A DNA stretch of 64,000 bases from Candidatus Omnitrophota bacterium (GCA_028712375.1 JAQTQG010000003.1:14619-78618), one strand, 5' to 3'. Shown: positions 45,795-56,865, numbered from the stretch's first letter. A program made the numbers and translations. Notes: a model not told the origin generated them from the sequence alone.

Positions 45795-47261
45795 TTACTG
45801 TCCGAATACTTCTTTAAGAATTACATCTGCGGCGTGCTGCGCCAGCAGCTGATTGCCCTTGTCCGTGCAATGCCCGAAATCTCCGGCAAAACTGTCCTTA
45901 AATAACGCCGCATAACCGTTACCATGTAAAGCATCTTTAAACACCTTCTCATTATCAATAAAAAGAATCCCCTCGCAATCCGGAAAAATATCTTTTAACG
46001 GTTTTACACTGCGCACAGGGTATTGCATACAAGCCAGCTTTATGCCTCTTTTATCTAAAACACTCCTGAGCTTTAAATAATTACTTCTGGTGGTGGGATT
46101 ATAATACTGCATTCTTAACCTGTTCGATTCCTTATAATACCGGTCTGCAAATTTGCCTTCTCCGGACTGGCTGTAAAAAGCCCCCAGCATACCATACAAA
46201 TAATCGCTCTTTAAACCTTTATCCAAATACTTATTCAATAAATTTTCTATTTCGGAGTATTTACCCTGGCAGCGATAAACTAGGATTAACTCTGCAACTA
46301 TCTGCAGGTCATCCGGATTTATTTTCAAAGCCTTATTAAATAAATCTTCGGCTAAAGAGTACTTCTGCCTGAGACGGTAACCAATTGCCATCCAATAATA
46401 TGCGTCTGCGTTTGAAGGGTTTACCTTGATGGCTTCCTTAAAAAAATCCTCTGACTGCGAAAAATATTTATAATCCCAATATAATTTTATAAGAAGCCCG
46501 TAAGCGGCATTATTCCGGGGATTAATCGCAATAGCTTTTTTAAATGAAGATTCGGCATCCGCAAATCTACCGGCTATCGAATATAGTTCCGCATCCTCAA
46601 CATACTCTTCATCATTTTTTAAGCCGAGACCGGGGGCGTTTTCCTCGGGAATAGGGGCAGCATAAACCATATTTAAGCAGATTTTCGAAAAATAGTTCTG
46701 CTTTCTGTGAAAAGCGGCCTGGCTTGTTTTTAATTTATGCGGTTCTTTTCTCTTGAATTTATTCTGCGCATGCAGATAAATAAGCCGGGCTAATTTATAT
46801 ACCTTAAAAGACTCCAAAAAAGACAAGGCCTTGGCGCTTACCCTGTTTTCCCAAAATACACGTTCCCCCCCGTCATTTATTCCCATCATAGCAATAACCA
46901 TTTGCGGTTTATATTTATCCAGGTTTGCTTCTAATTTTGAAACTATAGTTTTCGTATTAAAACCTGCCGCACCATCATCGATAACACTAAATTTAATTCC
47001 AATATTGCTCCGGTTCAAGGCTTCTTCCAGAAAACGGGGGTATTGCCCGCCGGTAGTAGATTCCCCCAGGCAAAGAATACGGTAGGTACCTTTTTGTTTG
47101 ATTGATTGCAGATTCCGGTATTCCTGTATAGACGACAGGATGGCTCCGCCCAAACGCAGGCCGGCTTCCAGGGCCAAGATAAACAAAAACAGCCCGAATA
47201 ATATCAGGGCTATTTTTTGTTTAAGCGGGATCTTAAAAAGTAAGGGCTTACTTGCTGCCAT
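45795..47261 (-). CDS. Membrane-anchored SGNH/GDSL-like hydrolase interrupted by a TPR array (paralogue A)
   Basis: N-terminal TM, ILCLGESTTGG (block I), MMGINDGG, TPR repeats, and C-terminal GDFGHCT (DxxH block V). Confidence 0.7.
   Translation of the reverse strand: MAASKPLLFKIPLKQKIALILFGLFLFILALEAGLRLGGAILSSIQEYRNLQSIKQKGTYRILCLGESTTGGQYPRFLEEALNRSNIGIKFSVIDDGAAGFNTKTIVSKLEANLDKYKPQMVIAMMGINDGGERVFWENRVSAKALSFLESFKVYKLARLIYLHAQNKFKRKEPHKLKTSQAAFHRKQNYFSKICLNMVYAAPIPEENAPGLGLKNDEEYVEDAELYSIAGRFADAESSFKKAIAINPRNNAAYGLLIKLYWDYKYFSQSEDFFKEAIKVNPSNADAYYWMAIGYRLRQKYSLAEDLFNKALKINPDDLQIVAELILVYRCQGKYSEIENLLNKYLDKGLKSDYLYGMLGAFYSQSGEGKFADRYYKESNRLRMQYYNPTTRSNYLKLRSVLDKRGIKLACMQYPVRSVKPLKDIFPDCEGILFIDNEKVFKDALHGNGYAALFKDSFAGDFGHCTDKGNQLLAQHAADVILKEVFGQ
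46996..47232. repeat. 237-bp block identical to 48617-48853 (5' coding ends of the two SGNH-TPR paralogues)
   Basis: Aligned by eye with no mismatch found. Identity ends abruptly on both sides. Confidence 0.85.
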
Positions 47262-47292
47262 ATGATTAAAAACTCAAATGCAACTTATTTAA

Positions 47293-48882
47293 TTAATTTG
47301 GTAATTTATTAAATACTTCCTCCAAGATGGCATCTGCAATATTCTGCGCTAAAAGCTTATTGCCTTTTTCCGTGCAATGGCCGAAATCTCCGGCAAACAT
47401 ATCGCTAAAATATTCATTAGAATCCGCTTTTCTCAATGCTTCTTGAAATATTTTTTCATTATCGACAAAAATAATATTATCATCTTTTTCAAATATTTTC
47501 TTTAGAGGTTCCACGCTGCGCATAGGATACTGCACACACACCAGCCTTATTCCTTTTTTATGTAATATATTTTTTAACCTGCGGTAATTTCTCACGGTAG
47601 CCGGATTATAATATTCTAGCCGCAGCCTATTTGCTTTTTGAGCATATTCTTTTGCCAATTGCGGCCGTCCGGTATTTTTATACAATAAACAGATTGCGCC
47701 GTAAGCTTTATCGTTTTGGGGGTTTAACGCTAGGGCTTTTTGGAATGCCTCTTCGGCCAGCGAAAATTCACCCTGGCTTTGATAAAGCCAGCCCAATTCC
47801 ACATAAACACCCCCGTTTTTAGGATTTATCTGTATAGATTTATTAAAAGCCTCCCTAGCCAAAGAAAATTTATTTTGCAGCCGATAAATCCACCCCAAGC
47901 CGAAATAGGCATTATCGTTTTGGGGGTTTAACGCTAGGGCTTTTTGGAATGCCTCCTCGGACAGCGAAAATTCACCCTGGCTTTGATAAAGCCAGCCTAA
48001 TTCAGTATGCGCATTATCGTTTTGGGAGTTTAACGCTAGGGCTTTTTGGAATGCCTCTTCGGCAACGGACAGCCTATTTTGATGCAGATAAATCCACCCT
48101 AACCCAAAATATGCCTTATCGTTTTGAGGGTTTAGCGCTAGGGCTTTTTGGAATGCCTCTTCGGCAACGGGTAATTCTCCCCGATCCCGATAAAACATTC
48201 CCATTTCAATATAAACCTTATCATTTTGGGGGTTTAGCGCTAGGGCTTTTTGGAATGCCTCTTCGGTTGAAACAACCTCGGCATAAGCTTCTTTTAATCT
48301 TATTCCCTGGAAATGAACTTGAATTGGCCCGGCTCTATTTTTATTATCATTAGATTTTCCACTCCGCATTTCCTGAGCCTTAGCCAAAATATGATGCCAA
48401 AGCAAGCTGGCTAATTTATAAGTTTTAAACGATCTAATAAAAGACCCTGCTTTGTAAGTATTTTTTACTCCAAAACAAACAAGCTCCCCCCAATCATTAA
48501 CCCCCATCATTACCGTGACCATGCTTGGATTATACTCAAAAATATAGGATTCGACCTTACTTAATATTGCCGATGTGTTTGTGCCCCCCACGCCTTTATC
48601 AATTACGCTAAAGTGTATTCCAATATTGCTCCGGTTCAAGGCTTCTTCCAGAAAACGGGGGTATTGCCCGCCGGTAGTAGATTCCCCCAGGCAAAGAATA
48701 CGGTAGGTACCTTTTTGTTTGATTGATTGCAGATTCCGGTATTCCTGTATAGACGACAGGATGGCTCCGCCCAAACGCAGGCCGGCTTCCAGGGCCAAGA
48801 TAAACAAAAACAGCCCGAATAATATCAGGGCTATTTTTTGTTTAAGCGGGATCCCGGGGTAAAAAGATTGATCTTTCTGCAT
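47293..48882 (-). CDS. Membrane-anchored SGNH/GDSL-like hydrolase interrupted by a TPR array (paralogue B)
   Basis: Same architecture as paralogue A. Seven 34-aa TPRs, most containing EEAFQKALALNPQND. Confidence 0.7.
   Translation of the reverse strand: MQKDQSFYPGIPLKQKIALILFGLFLFILALEAGLRLGGAILSSIQEYRNLQSIKQKGTYRILCLGESTTGGQYPRFLEEALNRSNIGIHFSVIDKGVGGTNTSAILSKVESYIFEYNPSMVTVMMGVNDWGELVCFGVKNTYKAGSFIRSFKTYKLASLLWHHILAKAQEMRSGKSNDNKNRAGPIQVHFQGIRLKEAYAEVVSTEEAFQKALALNPQNDKVYIEMGMFYRDRGELPVAEEAFQKALALNPQNDKAYFGLGWIYLHQNRLSVAEEAFQKALALNSQNDNAHTELGWLYQSQGEFSLSEEAFQKALALNPQNDNAYFGLGWIYRLQNKFSLAREAFNKSIQINPKNGGVYVELGWLYQSQGEFSLAEEAFQKALALNPQNDKAYGAICLLYKNTGRPQLAKEYAQKANRLRLEYYNPATVRNYRRLKNILHKKGIRLVCVQYPMRSVEPLKKIFEKDDNIIFVDNEKIFQEALRKADSNEYFSDMFAGDFGHCTEKGNKLLAQNIADAILEEVFNKLPN
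47700..48270. repeat. Intragenic tandem repeat, period ~102 bp (TPR units), with near-identical ~50-bp cores
   Basis: The core ...TATCGTTTTGGGGGTTTAACGCTAGGGCTTTTTGGAATGCCTCTTCGG recurs near 47710, 47911, 48013, 48116 and 48218. Confidence 0.8.
48617..48853. repeat. 237-bp block identical to 46996-47232
   Basis: See the partner copy. Confidence 0.85.
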
Positions 48883-49030
48883 AACTTAATTTAGCTATTC
48901 CGCTTATTATACAATTATAAGCAATTTAGCAGGCGGAAAGATGTAACAACAGGGGCAATCAAGAAGTTTTAATCGGAATAAATAAAACTTGGTTTTAGAG
49001 AATAGTTAAGCCCGCATAACTGAATAAACT

Positions 49031-49495
49031 TTATGCTCCGGAAAATTTTCCCAGAATAATTAAAGTAAAAACCATCACAAAAAGCGCCACGGTTTCGATA
49101 ATACCTAAAACTGCCAAATAGTTTCCGAACCCTTTACCGGTTTCCCCCATCGCGTCGCAGGCGCAAGCAGCGCATTTTCCCTGGTAATATGCCGAAAACC
49201 CGATCGCTAACCCGGCAAAAGCACCAACCCCCCAGAAATACTGCCCCTTGCTGGCTAATTCAAACATTTTAGTCATCACGATATTGCCGTAAATTGTCTG
49301 GGTTAAAGGCGCGCCCACCAAAGCTACCAATAAAAAAGAGGCGCTTTTATTTTGGGCAAAATTTTTCTTCCAAGCACCAACAGCCGCCATCCCGGCGACC
49401 CCTGCCCCGGCGGCAGAACCGCAAGCCGCTAGAGCCAAAACCAAAATTAATCCTAAGTCCTTAAATTGAGACACAACCCCTGTATCCATATTCAC
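49031..49495 (-). CDS. atpK: V-type ATPase proteolipid subunit K
   Basis: 154 aa, four hydrophobic helices, Gly/Ala-rich, with a conserved Glu in GIIETVALF. Confidence 0.85.
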   Translation of the reverse strand: MNMDTGVVSQFKDLGLILVLALAACGSAAGAGVAGMAAVGAWKKNFAQNKSASFLLVALVGAPLTQTIYGNIVMTKMFELASKGQYFWGVGAFAGLAIGFSAYYQGKCAACACDAMGETGKGFGNYLAVLGIIETVALFVMVFTLIILGKFSGA

Positions 49496-49500
49496 TCTCC

Positions 49501-51270
49501 TTATTCTTTCCGGCTAAAAGGTTTATAAGCAAAACCGTTCCAGGTAACGCCCAGATGCCCGCAAAACTCTAAAACATTAAGCCTTACTCCGTGCACCAAG
49601 ACGGACATCGGCCCTAAAATAATATTCAACATGTGCCCACAGATAACGATTACCCCGGCGGCAATTAATGTTACGAAATCGCCTTTTTTAATTACCCCAG
49701 CGGCCATGGCATTAAAAGCATCCGCGATGGCTACTCCGGCCAAACCTACAGCAAAAAGACGGATATAAGAAACTACGTCTGTAAAATTATTTACCAGGCT
49801 TAAAGCAATCGTCCCTAGCCCCGATCCGATGGTTTTGAATATATTTTTCTGCGGATTAGTGAAAAATAACACTAAAATCAGGCCCAGGACAATTAACTGG
49901 TTGCCAAACACGGGGAATGGCTCACTAAGAATCAAATTCTTGGCCAGAAAAAATACTGCCCAAATGATAGAAATCCAGCCAATTTCCGCCAAAGCCACCA
50001 GCGCCGGGGCGCGCAACAAAGCCCTCCAGCCGTGAGCTAAAGTTAAATGCAGCGCGCCGAGAAAAAAACAGAATTTCTGAACAAAAACCGCATTGGCTAA
50101 AACAGGCAGCAGCGGTTTAAACCCGGCTTTCAACAGCCACTCCTGGCCAAAAAATGTACCGGTTAACAACCCCCATATAATAGCGCAAAAGCTTAGGATG
50201 TAAAAGAGAAAAAAAACACTTCGGTCTTTAATTTTTTTACCTAATTTATTATCTAACCAAAAATTAAGCAATAAATAAACTAACCCGTATCCGGCATCTC
50301 CGATAAGTATCCCGAAAAAAAGGCTGAAAAAAACAATAAATAACGGGCTAATGTCAAGTTCATGATACCCCGGAACAAGCTCCAGGAGTTTTAACAACGG
50401 CTTGATAAATGAAATCCAGGCCGGATTCCGCAATAATGTAGGGACTTCATCTTCCTCTTGCGGGGCAACAGTTAAAATTCCCCAGCCTTTTTGCTTAGAC
50501 TGCGCGATCAATAGTTGCTCCGCATCAGCCGGAGCATACCCTTTGACATATACCAATTGTCCTGCCTGACCCATCCCCTGCAATGTTTCAAAAAAGTTTT
50601 TTTGATAAGTTAAAACTTCTTTTTCGGCAACCAGTTGGCCATGACAACCAAGATATTTAATCAACTGGTTTTTTAAACTTATACTTATGCCCGCATCTTC
50701 CGTCAACCTTTGGCGCATTTGAGATAAAGACATTTTGGGTAATTCCAACTCTTTGAAATTAAGCTGCTGGTTATCCCGGGAAAAAACTATGCAGTTATCG
50801 ATTCCTCCTTCTGAAAATATCTTTCTTACTACAACATCCTGCCCGATTTCTTTTAACTGTTCCCGGGGGATCTGATAAAGCCGGGCAGAAATATTGTTCT
50901 GAGCCAATTGCCTTATTTCTTGAGGATCAAAATCTCCCCAGAGGCTCCACTGATCGATCCAGGCATGTAAGGTAACCGCGTACTCCTTAAGTTGCTCTAA
51001 TCTTTTCTGTAAATCAACAATGTGGCGGCAAGCAACAATTAGATCTTTAGGCCGCACGGAATCAGGAACAACTCCCTGATCAATGGAAGATAAAATTAAA
51101 ATGGCCTGCTCAAACAAAGATATTTGTTCGTTGAGCGTATTAATCTGTTCTCCGCTGGGAGGATTTTGATGCTCAACATGCAATAACCCTAAAGAAGCCA
51201 AATCCTCCAAAGCAGACTGGGCATGCTCTTTTTGCAGTAAGAGAAAAACTTTTCTCATTTGAACAATCAT
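49501..51270 (-). CDS. atpI: V-type ATPase subunit I (a)
   Basis: 589 aa. Soluble N-terminal half plus a polytopic C-terminal half (...SYIRLFAVGLAG...). Position in the operon supports the call. Confidence 0.85.
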   Translation of the reverse strand: MIVQMRKVFLLLQKEHAQSALEDLASLGLLHVEHQNPPSGEQINTLNEQISLFEQAILILSSIDQGVVPDSVRPKDLIVACRHIVDLQKRLEQLKEYAVTLHAWIDQWSLWGDFDPQEIRQLAQNNISARLYQIPREQLKEIGQDVVVRKIFSEGGIDNCIVFSRDNQQLNFKELELPKMSLSQMRQRLTEDAGISISLKNQLIKYLGCHGQLVAEKEVLTYQKNFFETLQGMGQAGQLVYVKGYAPADAEQLLIAQSKQKGWGILTVAPQEEDEVPTLLRNPAWISFIKPLLKLLELVPGYHELDISPLFIVFFSLFFGILIGDAGYGLVYLLLNFWLDNKLGKKIKDRSVFFLFYILSFCAIIWGLLTGTFFGQEWLLKAGFKPLLPVLANAVFVQKFCFFLGALHLTLAHGWRALLRAPALVALAEIGWISIIWAVFFLAKNLILSEPFPVFGNQLIVLGLILVLFFTNPQKNIFKTIGSGLGTIALSLVNNFTDVVSYIRLFAVGLAGVAIADAFNAMAAGVIKKGDFVTLIAAGVIVICGHMLNIILGPMSVLVHGVRLNVLEFCGHLGVTWNGFAYKPFSRKE

Positions 51271-51884
51271 GCTGCTGCCTCTTCTAAAATTAGTTCCTCG
51301 ATTTTTCTTTTGGCAATTTTACTGCGCCCCACCGCATTAGCCATTTGATCACCGATATAAATCTTAATTAACCGGATATTTTCCTGTGCCTGCGGAATCT
51401 TCACTTTTTCAAAAAGATTTACTCTTTGCGTAGTAACCCGCAGTTCCTGGCGCAAAATATCTATGCCCTCCTGGCGCAGAGAAATCTCTTTTTTTAATAC
51501 AATTACTTCTCTGAGCGCCTGGATCGCCGCATCTATCCATAAAGGCGTCAAGAATAAATCATAATCTTTCTCTATAAACTCCAGTCCGTCAAACACGGGG
51601 ATATCCACACCGGCGATATTTTTCTGATGGGTAATTGTTTTGGCGGGCTGAATAAACGGCCGGATATCCGCCTGCGGCTCCGCTAATAAACCAGCCCATA
51701 AATAGGCGGCCTGCCTTTTTTTAATTGCAGTTTGTTGCAGGTCTTGGAGAAAGGTATGCTGCTGCAAAATCTCAAGCTGAAGCTGTTGTTTCTTTAATTG
51801 TAAGGTGGGTAGATAACGTTGAAATTGCTTTAAAGCATCCCGCTGCCTTTTTAATTCACCCTTAGTAAGCTTAATTTTAGCCAT
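51267..51884 (-). CDS. atpD: V-type ATPase subunit D
   Basis: 205 aa. MAKIKLTKGELKRQRDALKQFQRYLPTLQLKKQQL is a typical subunit D N-terminus. Confidence 0.85.
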   Translation of the reverse strand: MAKIKLTKGELKRQRDALKQFQRYLPTLQLKKQQLQLEILQQHTFLQDLQQTAIKKRQAAYLWAGLLAEPQADIRPFIQPAKTITHQKNIAGVDIPVFDGLEFIEKDYDLFLTPLWIDAAIQALREVIVLKKEISLRQEGIDILRQELRVTTQRVNLFEKVKIPQAQENIRLIKIYIGDQMANAVGRSKIAKRKIEELILEEAAA

Positions 51885-51924
51885 AACATTTACAATAATA
51901 ACTTCTATTTAGTTTACAGACTGC

Positions 51925-53223
51925 TTACTGATTTTTCGGCCAAAACTTCTGAATAATAGAAAGTTTGATCCCTGTCTCTTCGGGGGTAAAACAATTCGCT
52001 AAAATCTGCCAACCCAAATCCAGGGCTTTTTCCAGGGGAATATTTACTTTAAGCGACATCATATTTTCTTCAAACAGTAGACCATACTTAAGTAATTTCT
52101 CATCCCAGGGGCTCATTTGAAATCCCATGGATTGTTTTTCCAGGGTTTCGCGGTAACTGGCGAAAAGTTGGATCATCGTATCCATAATTGTACGGTGATC
52201 AGGCCGGGTTTGGCCGTTGACCTGCTGTTTTAAACGGCTTAAAGACCCAAAAGGCTCAATCACCCCGCCTTTTAAATAAAATTGGCCTTCAGTAATGTAG
52301 CCGGTATTATCCGGGACAGGATGTGTTACATCGTCTCCGGGCATAGTTGTAGCCGAAAGAATGGTAATGGATCCGGCACCTTCAAAATCCACCGCCTTTT
52401 CATACCGGGCAGCCAGCTGGCTGTACAGATCGCCCGGATACCCGCGGTTAGAAGGAACCTGTTCCATAGTAATAGCTATCTCTTTTAAAGAATCCGCAAA
52501 ATTAGTCATATCCGTCAACAAAACTAATACTCGCTTGCCTTTCAAGGCAAAATCTTCGGCTACCGCCAGGCTGATGTCTGGCACTAATAAACATTCTACG
52601 GTAGGATCCGAAGCGGTGTGGATAAAGAATACACAGCGGGAAAGCGCCCCGTGCGCATTTAATGTCTCCCGAAAAAAAAGATAGTCATCATGTTTTAACC
52701 CCATACCACCGACGATGATTATATCCACTTCCGCCTGAATAGCAATGCGCGCCAGAAGTTCATTGTAAGGCTCCCCGGCAATGGAAAAAACCGGTAGCTT
52801 CTGCGATTCCACCAATGAATTAAAAACATCAATCATCGGAATACCGGTACGGATAATTTTATTTGGAACAATCCTTTTTACCGGATTTACCGAAGGAGCG
52901 CCAATATCAATAAACCCTTCGGTAAGCAGGGGGCCGCGGTCCAAAGGCACCCCACTGCCATTAAAGATACGCCCCAACAGGTTTTCTCCGGTAGCAATCC
53001 GCATAGGATGCCCTAAAAACCTCACCTTATCATTTGTAGTAATCCCGCGGGTCCCGGCAAAAACCTGTAAAGATATCTTCTTAGAATCAATGCGGATTAC
53101 CTGAGCCAAAGATACGCCGCGGCGGGTAGTTATCTGGGCGATATCTAAATAACCTACCCCTTCGGCTTCCACCGTAATTACGTCCCCGGCGATTTGAATA
53201 ATGTTCGTATAGGCCTTTTGCAT
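51925..53223 (-). CDS. atpB: V-type ATPase subunit B
   Basis: 432 aa. GQKLPVFS-type degenerate P-loop region ([11 protein letters not shown]), [11 protein letters not shown]. Confidence 0.9.
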   Translation of the reverse strand: MQKAYTNIIQIAGDVITVEAEGVGYLDIAQITTRRGVSLAQVIRIDSKKISLQVFAGTRGITTNDKVRFLGHPMRIATGENLLGRIFNGSGVPLDRGPLLTEGFIDIGAPSVNPVKRIVPNKIIRTGIPMIDVFNSLVESQKLPVFSIAGEPYNELLARIAIQAEVDIIIVGGMGLKHDDYLFFRETLNAHGALSRCVFFIHTASDPTVECLLVPDISLAVAEDFALKGKRVLVLLTDMTNFADSLKEIAITMEQVPSNRGYPGDLYSQLAARYEKAVDFEGAGSITILSATTMPGDDVTHPVPDNTGYITEGQFYLKGGVIEPFGSLSRLKQQVNGQTRPDHRTIMDTMIQLFASYRETLEKQSMGFQMSPWDEKLLKYGLLFEENMMSLKVNIPLEKALDLGWQILANCFTPEETGIKLSIIQKFWPKNQ

Positions 53224-53224
53224 T

Positions 53225-54967
53225 TTATTTGCTTTCCTTTATCTCTTTTGCGGATAAAAACATTTTAATTTCGGCTTCAGAATTCTTAAACTCCGGGCTG
53301 TTATATTCCATAGAATTCCAAGTACGCATAAGCTGGCGCAACCCCTGAAAAAAGTGTAAAGCGGCGGCCTTATCTGCCAGATTATATTTTGTATCCAGCA
53401 TTAAACCAATAAATTCCAATAGATAGAGCTGTCTTTCTTTAGAAGTCGCTTCATCCACAATATCAAAAGCATTCTGCTGTAAATAAACAAAATCAAAAAA
53501 CTCACCCTTAAGATATTCGATATAGTCTTTGAGCGAAGTCCCCTCTTCACCGATGACTTTCATCATTTGGGCAATTTCGTTGCTGCGGACTAAAATAGCA
53601 TGGCATTTTTCTTTAACCTCGGGATTAACAAATCCAGCGTATTTACTCCAGCTGATTAATGGATCAATTGCCGGGTATTTTCTGGCATCGGAACGTTCAC
53701 GCGAAAGGCCGTGAAAAGCACCCACAACTTTCAAAGTCGCCTGAGTCACCGGTTCTTCAAAGTTTCCTCCGGCCGGACTCACCGTCCCGCCAATCGTTAC
53801 TGAACCGGTTACGCCTGCACGCAATTTAACTACCCCGGCCCGCTCATAAAAAGAAGCAATCCGGGATTCTAAATATGCCGGGAAGGCTTCTTCGCCGGGA
53901 ATTTCTTCAAGGCGGCCGCTCATTTCGCGCATCGCCTGCGCCCAGCGGGAAGTTGAATCTGCCAATAATAAAACATTTAAACCCATCTGGCGGTAATATT
54001 CGGCAATGGTTACTGCCGTGTACACGCTGGATTCACGGGCAGCCACCGGCATCGAGCTGGTATTGCAAATAATTACCGTGCGGTCCATTAAAGGCTTCTG
54101 CGTACGCGGATCCAATAATTCAGGAAAAGTCTTTAATGTTTCCACAACTTCTCCGGCACGCTCTCCGCAGGCAGCAATAATTACAATATCTACCTCCGCG
54201 TGCCGGCTGGTTAATTGTTGTAAAACGGTTTTCCCTGCCCCGAATGGCCCGGGAATACAATAAGTTCCACCCCGGTTAATCGGAAACAGTGAATCAATCA
54301 GGCGCATTTTGGTAACCAATGGTTCAGTCGGCCTTAATTTTTCCACATAGGCACCAATCGGTATCTTTACCGGCCAAATCTGCTGCAAAAATACATTATG
54401 TAATCCGCCGTTACCATCTCTAAGCTGGGCAACTGCTTGTTTTAAATTATATTTGCCGGCGGAAGCGATACTAACCACCTCCAGGCTGCCATTAAGCATA
54501 AACGGGGCCATAATATAATGTTTAAATATTTTTTCCGGGACAAAGCCCAGCCAGCTGCCGGCTAAAACCTTATCCCCTTCCTTGACCAGGGGCGTAAAAT
54601 CCCAAAGCGCTTCATCGGGCAAAGCTTCCAGATATACACCCCGCTTAAGAAAAAATCCACACTCTTTAGCTAATGCCGGAAGGGGATTTTGCAAGCCATC
54701 AAAAATTTGCCCTAATAAACCAGGCCCCAGCTCTACGCTCAGGAGTTCATTGCTAAACTCTACAACCTCTCCCTCTTTTAAACCCTGAGTACTTTCATAA
54801 ACCTGCATCTCCGCCTGATTTTGGCGTACGCGGATAACTTCCGCTTTCAGACGCTCAACTCCGTGGACGATGTAAGCAACTTCATTTTGGATAATCTGCC
54901 CGTCAATTTGAGCAGTCACCATGTTAGCATTAACCTTAATTACTTTTCCAATTCTTAATTTTTCCAT
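53225..54967 (-). CDS. atpA: V-type ATPase catalytic subunit A
   Basis: 580 aa. GPFGAGKTV Walker [30 protein letters not shown]. Confidence 0.95.
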   Translation of the reverse strand: MEKLRIGKVIKVNANMVTAQIDGQIIQNEVAYIVHGVERLKAEVIRVRQNQAEMQVYESTQGLKEGEVVEFSNELLSVELGPGLLGQIFDGLQNPLPALAKECGFFLKRGVYLEALPDEALWDFTPLVKEGDKVLAGSWLGFVPEKIFKHYIMAPFMLNGSLEVVSIASAGKYNLKQAVAQLRDGNGGLHNVFLQQIWPVKIPIGAYVEKLRPTEPLVTKMRLIDSLFPINRGGTYCIPGPFGAGKTVLQQLTSRHAEVDIVIIAACGERAGEVVETLKTFPELLDPRTQKPLMDRTVIICNTSSMPVAARESSVYTAVTIAEYYRQMGLNVLLLADSTSRWAQAMREMSGRLEEIPGEEAFPAYLESRIASFYERAGVVKLRAGVTGSVTIGGTVSPAGGNFEEPVTQATLKVVGAFHGLSRERSDARKYPAIDPLISWSKYAGFVNPEVKEKCHAILVRSNEIAQMMKVIGEEGTSLKDYIEYLKGEFFDFVYLQQNAFDIVDEATSKERQLYLLEFIGLMLDTKYNLADKAAALHFFQGLRQLMRTWNSMEYNSPEFKNSEAEIKMFLSAKEIKESK

Positions 54968-54981
54968 AATAAATTAGTTTT

Positions 54982-55506
54982 TTAAACTACCGTATTTAAT
55001 AATAACTCTTTATCCGCACTTTGTATTTTATCCCAGCGCTCCAGAATCTTAAGTTTTAACCCGTAAACTAACAAATACTCAAAATCAAAATAGTGGCCAA
55101 GAATTAGGCCGTCTAAAAAATTCCATCTGGCCTGATCCAAAATTTTCTCCGATTCCAGGATGGAAACGCTGCGGTAAGCAGCCATCGCTACATGCACAAT
55201 CTGTGCCTGCGGCGAATCCGGAAGGCGCAGGAATTTTGATGGATCGATTTTTTTACGGCTGGCCCTGGCGCGTACCAATTCATTCCTCAGGGTTACCTCA
55301 AAATCAGCCCATTGTTTTAAACTACTGCTGCTGTGGCCGCCCAAAGAATAGCTTTCCTGATCAACGGCTGCATACAATATTTCAAAATCATTCTCTGGTA
55401 TTAAATTTTTGCATTTAGCAAAAAAATCCTTCAGGCTAAATGGCGGCCGGGAAAAAATATTCAATCCCGGCAAACTAGAAATTAAATACGTATAATAAGC
55501 AGCCAT
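54982..55506 (-). CDS. DUF2764-like protein (C/d-like accessory subunit in this V-ATPase operon type)
   Basis: 174 aa between E and A, as in E-DUF2764-A-B-D-I-K operons. The call rests on position and length only. Confidence 0.5.
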   Translation of the reverse strand: MAAYYTYLISSLPGLNIFSRPPFSLKDFFAKCKNLIPENDFEILYAAVDQESYSLGGHSSSSLKQWADFEVTLRNELVRARASRKKIDPSKFLRLPDSPQAQIVHVAMAAYRSVSILESEKILDQARWNFLDGLILGHYFDFEYLLVYGLKLKILERWDKIQSADKELLLNTVV

Positions 55507-56118
55507 TTATTCGGATTTTAAAACTCCTTCAAGTTCCGGCCGCAGGCAGCTCAAGATATACTCGCTTAAAGACTGGCTGCTAAAATCAAAAATAGATTTT
55601 CCGGCATCGAAACTAATAATAAACCCGCTAGCAATTCCATCTGCGGACTTTAAAACAACTGTTTTCTTTGTTTGTTCGGCCAATTGTTTTAAGAACCCCT
55701 GCCCGAGCCTATCTTTATCCTCCTGCTTTAAAAACACGATAACCTGCGAACCCAAAGAAAGCGGAGCATTTTTTATTAATGCCGCAATAATTCCCGATAG
55801 CTCCTCTGCAGTCAAAGCCTGCCGCAGATCCAATTTAATCAGCCGGTCCAACATCGCAAGAATTTCCTGCCTAAGGCTAATTAACAGATCCCTGCCTGCC
55901 TGTTTTAGCGCTGCCCGGGTAGAATCGTTGGTTTTTTTTGCCTGGCTGTCTGCCTGTTCAATAATTTTTTGGGCTTGAATTTTTGCTTCTGAAATTATTT
56001 TCATTGCCGCATGTTCGGCTTCTGTTTTTATCTGTGCTGCTTGCGCTTGAGCAGCATCTACGCCTTCCTGTTGAATTTTAGCAATTAAATCCTTAATCTC
56101 CTGAGCCATATGAAACAC
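55507..56118 (-). CDS. atpE: V-type ATPase subunit E
   Basis: 203 aa. Long A/Q/K/E-rich N-terminal helix plus a globular C-terminus. First gene of the operon. Confidence 0.75.
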   Translation of the reverse strand: MFHMAQEIKDLIAKIQQEGVDAAQAQAAQIKTEAEHAAMKIISEAKIQAQKIIEQADSQAKKTNDSTRAALKQAGRDLLISLRQEILAMLDRLIKLDLRQALTAEELSGIIAALIKNAPLSLGSQVIVFLKQEDKDRLGQGFLKQLAEQTKKTVVLKSADGIASGFIISFDAGKSIFDFSSQSLSEYILSCLRPELEGVLKSE

Positions 56119-56169
56119 CCCCTAAAATTCTTATTTAGTAATGCCCCCGTCAGGCAGGTTGTTGTGTAA

Positions 56170-56865
56170 TTATCTGCGAAAACGGGATAGTTCTCCTAAC
56201 AGTTCTTCTGCCTGCAGCAGCGGGTCAACCGCCTTTAAAATCGGCCGCCCGATCACTAAAAAATCACTTCCGGCCTTAATCGCCTGGCTAACCGTAGCGA
56301 CTCTTTTCTGGTCGTCTTTACTGGATTTGACCGGGCGGATACCCGGAGTAATGATAAAAAAACTATTCTTTATTTTACGCCGCAAAACTACTGCTTCGTG
56401 CACCGAACAAACCACTCCGTCTAGCCCGCAGGAAATCCCTTGTTTTGCTAAATTGAGAACTTCTTGGGGCTTGGCCTTACAACTGGTCAGAACAGTCACT
56501 CCGATCAATAAAGGCCGGGGAATATGCAGCATCTCAGACTGCCGGGCTGCCGACTCTACCGCCGCTTTTAACATTTCCGGGCCTCCGGAAATATGCAAAG
56601 TAAGTATTTTTACTTTCAGCTTTACCGCTGCGGCTACTGCATTGGCTACGGTATTGGGAATATCAAAATATTTAAGATCTAAAAATATTTCTGCGCCTTT
56701 TGCATGTAATAGCTCAATAATCTTAGGGCCATAAGCAGTAAACAAATGGCTTCCCACCTTAAAGATTTTTATTTTGGGATAAAGTTTATCTACAAAAATT
56801 CCGGCCTCTTCTATTGTATCCACATCCAAAGCCAATATAAATTCGGGGTTGCTTAATCTTTGCAT
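56170..56865 (-). CDS. pyrF: Orotidine 5'-phosphate decarboxylase
   Basis: ILALDV, FKVG, FLDLKYFDIPNTV, VIGRPI. Confidence 0.9.
   Translation of the reverse strand: MQRLSNPEFILALDVDTIEEAGIFVDKLYPKIKIFKVGSHLFTAYGPKIIELLHAKGAEIFLDLKYFDIPNTVANAVAAAVKLKVKILTLHISGGPEMLKAAVESAARQSEMLHIPRPLLIGVTVLTSCKAKPQEVLNLAKQGISCGLDGVVCSVHEAVVLRRKIKNSFFIITPGIRPVKSSKDDQKRVATVSQAIKAGSDFLVIGRPILKAVDPLLQAEELLGELSRFRR

Noticed and set aside
47631-48353. Plus-strand ORFs with a repeating GLALGLFGMPLR peptide, and a regularly spaced repeat that could look CRISPR-like.
   Set aside because: These are antisense shadows of the 102-bp TPR coding repeats in the minus-strand gene. The units are contiguous coding sequence with no unique spacers.
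56141-56734. 197-aa plus-strand ORF.
   Set aside because: It is entirely antisense to a well-supported pyrF, with no SD or motifs.
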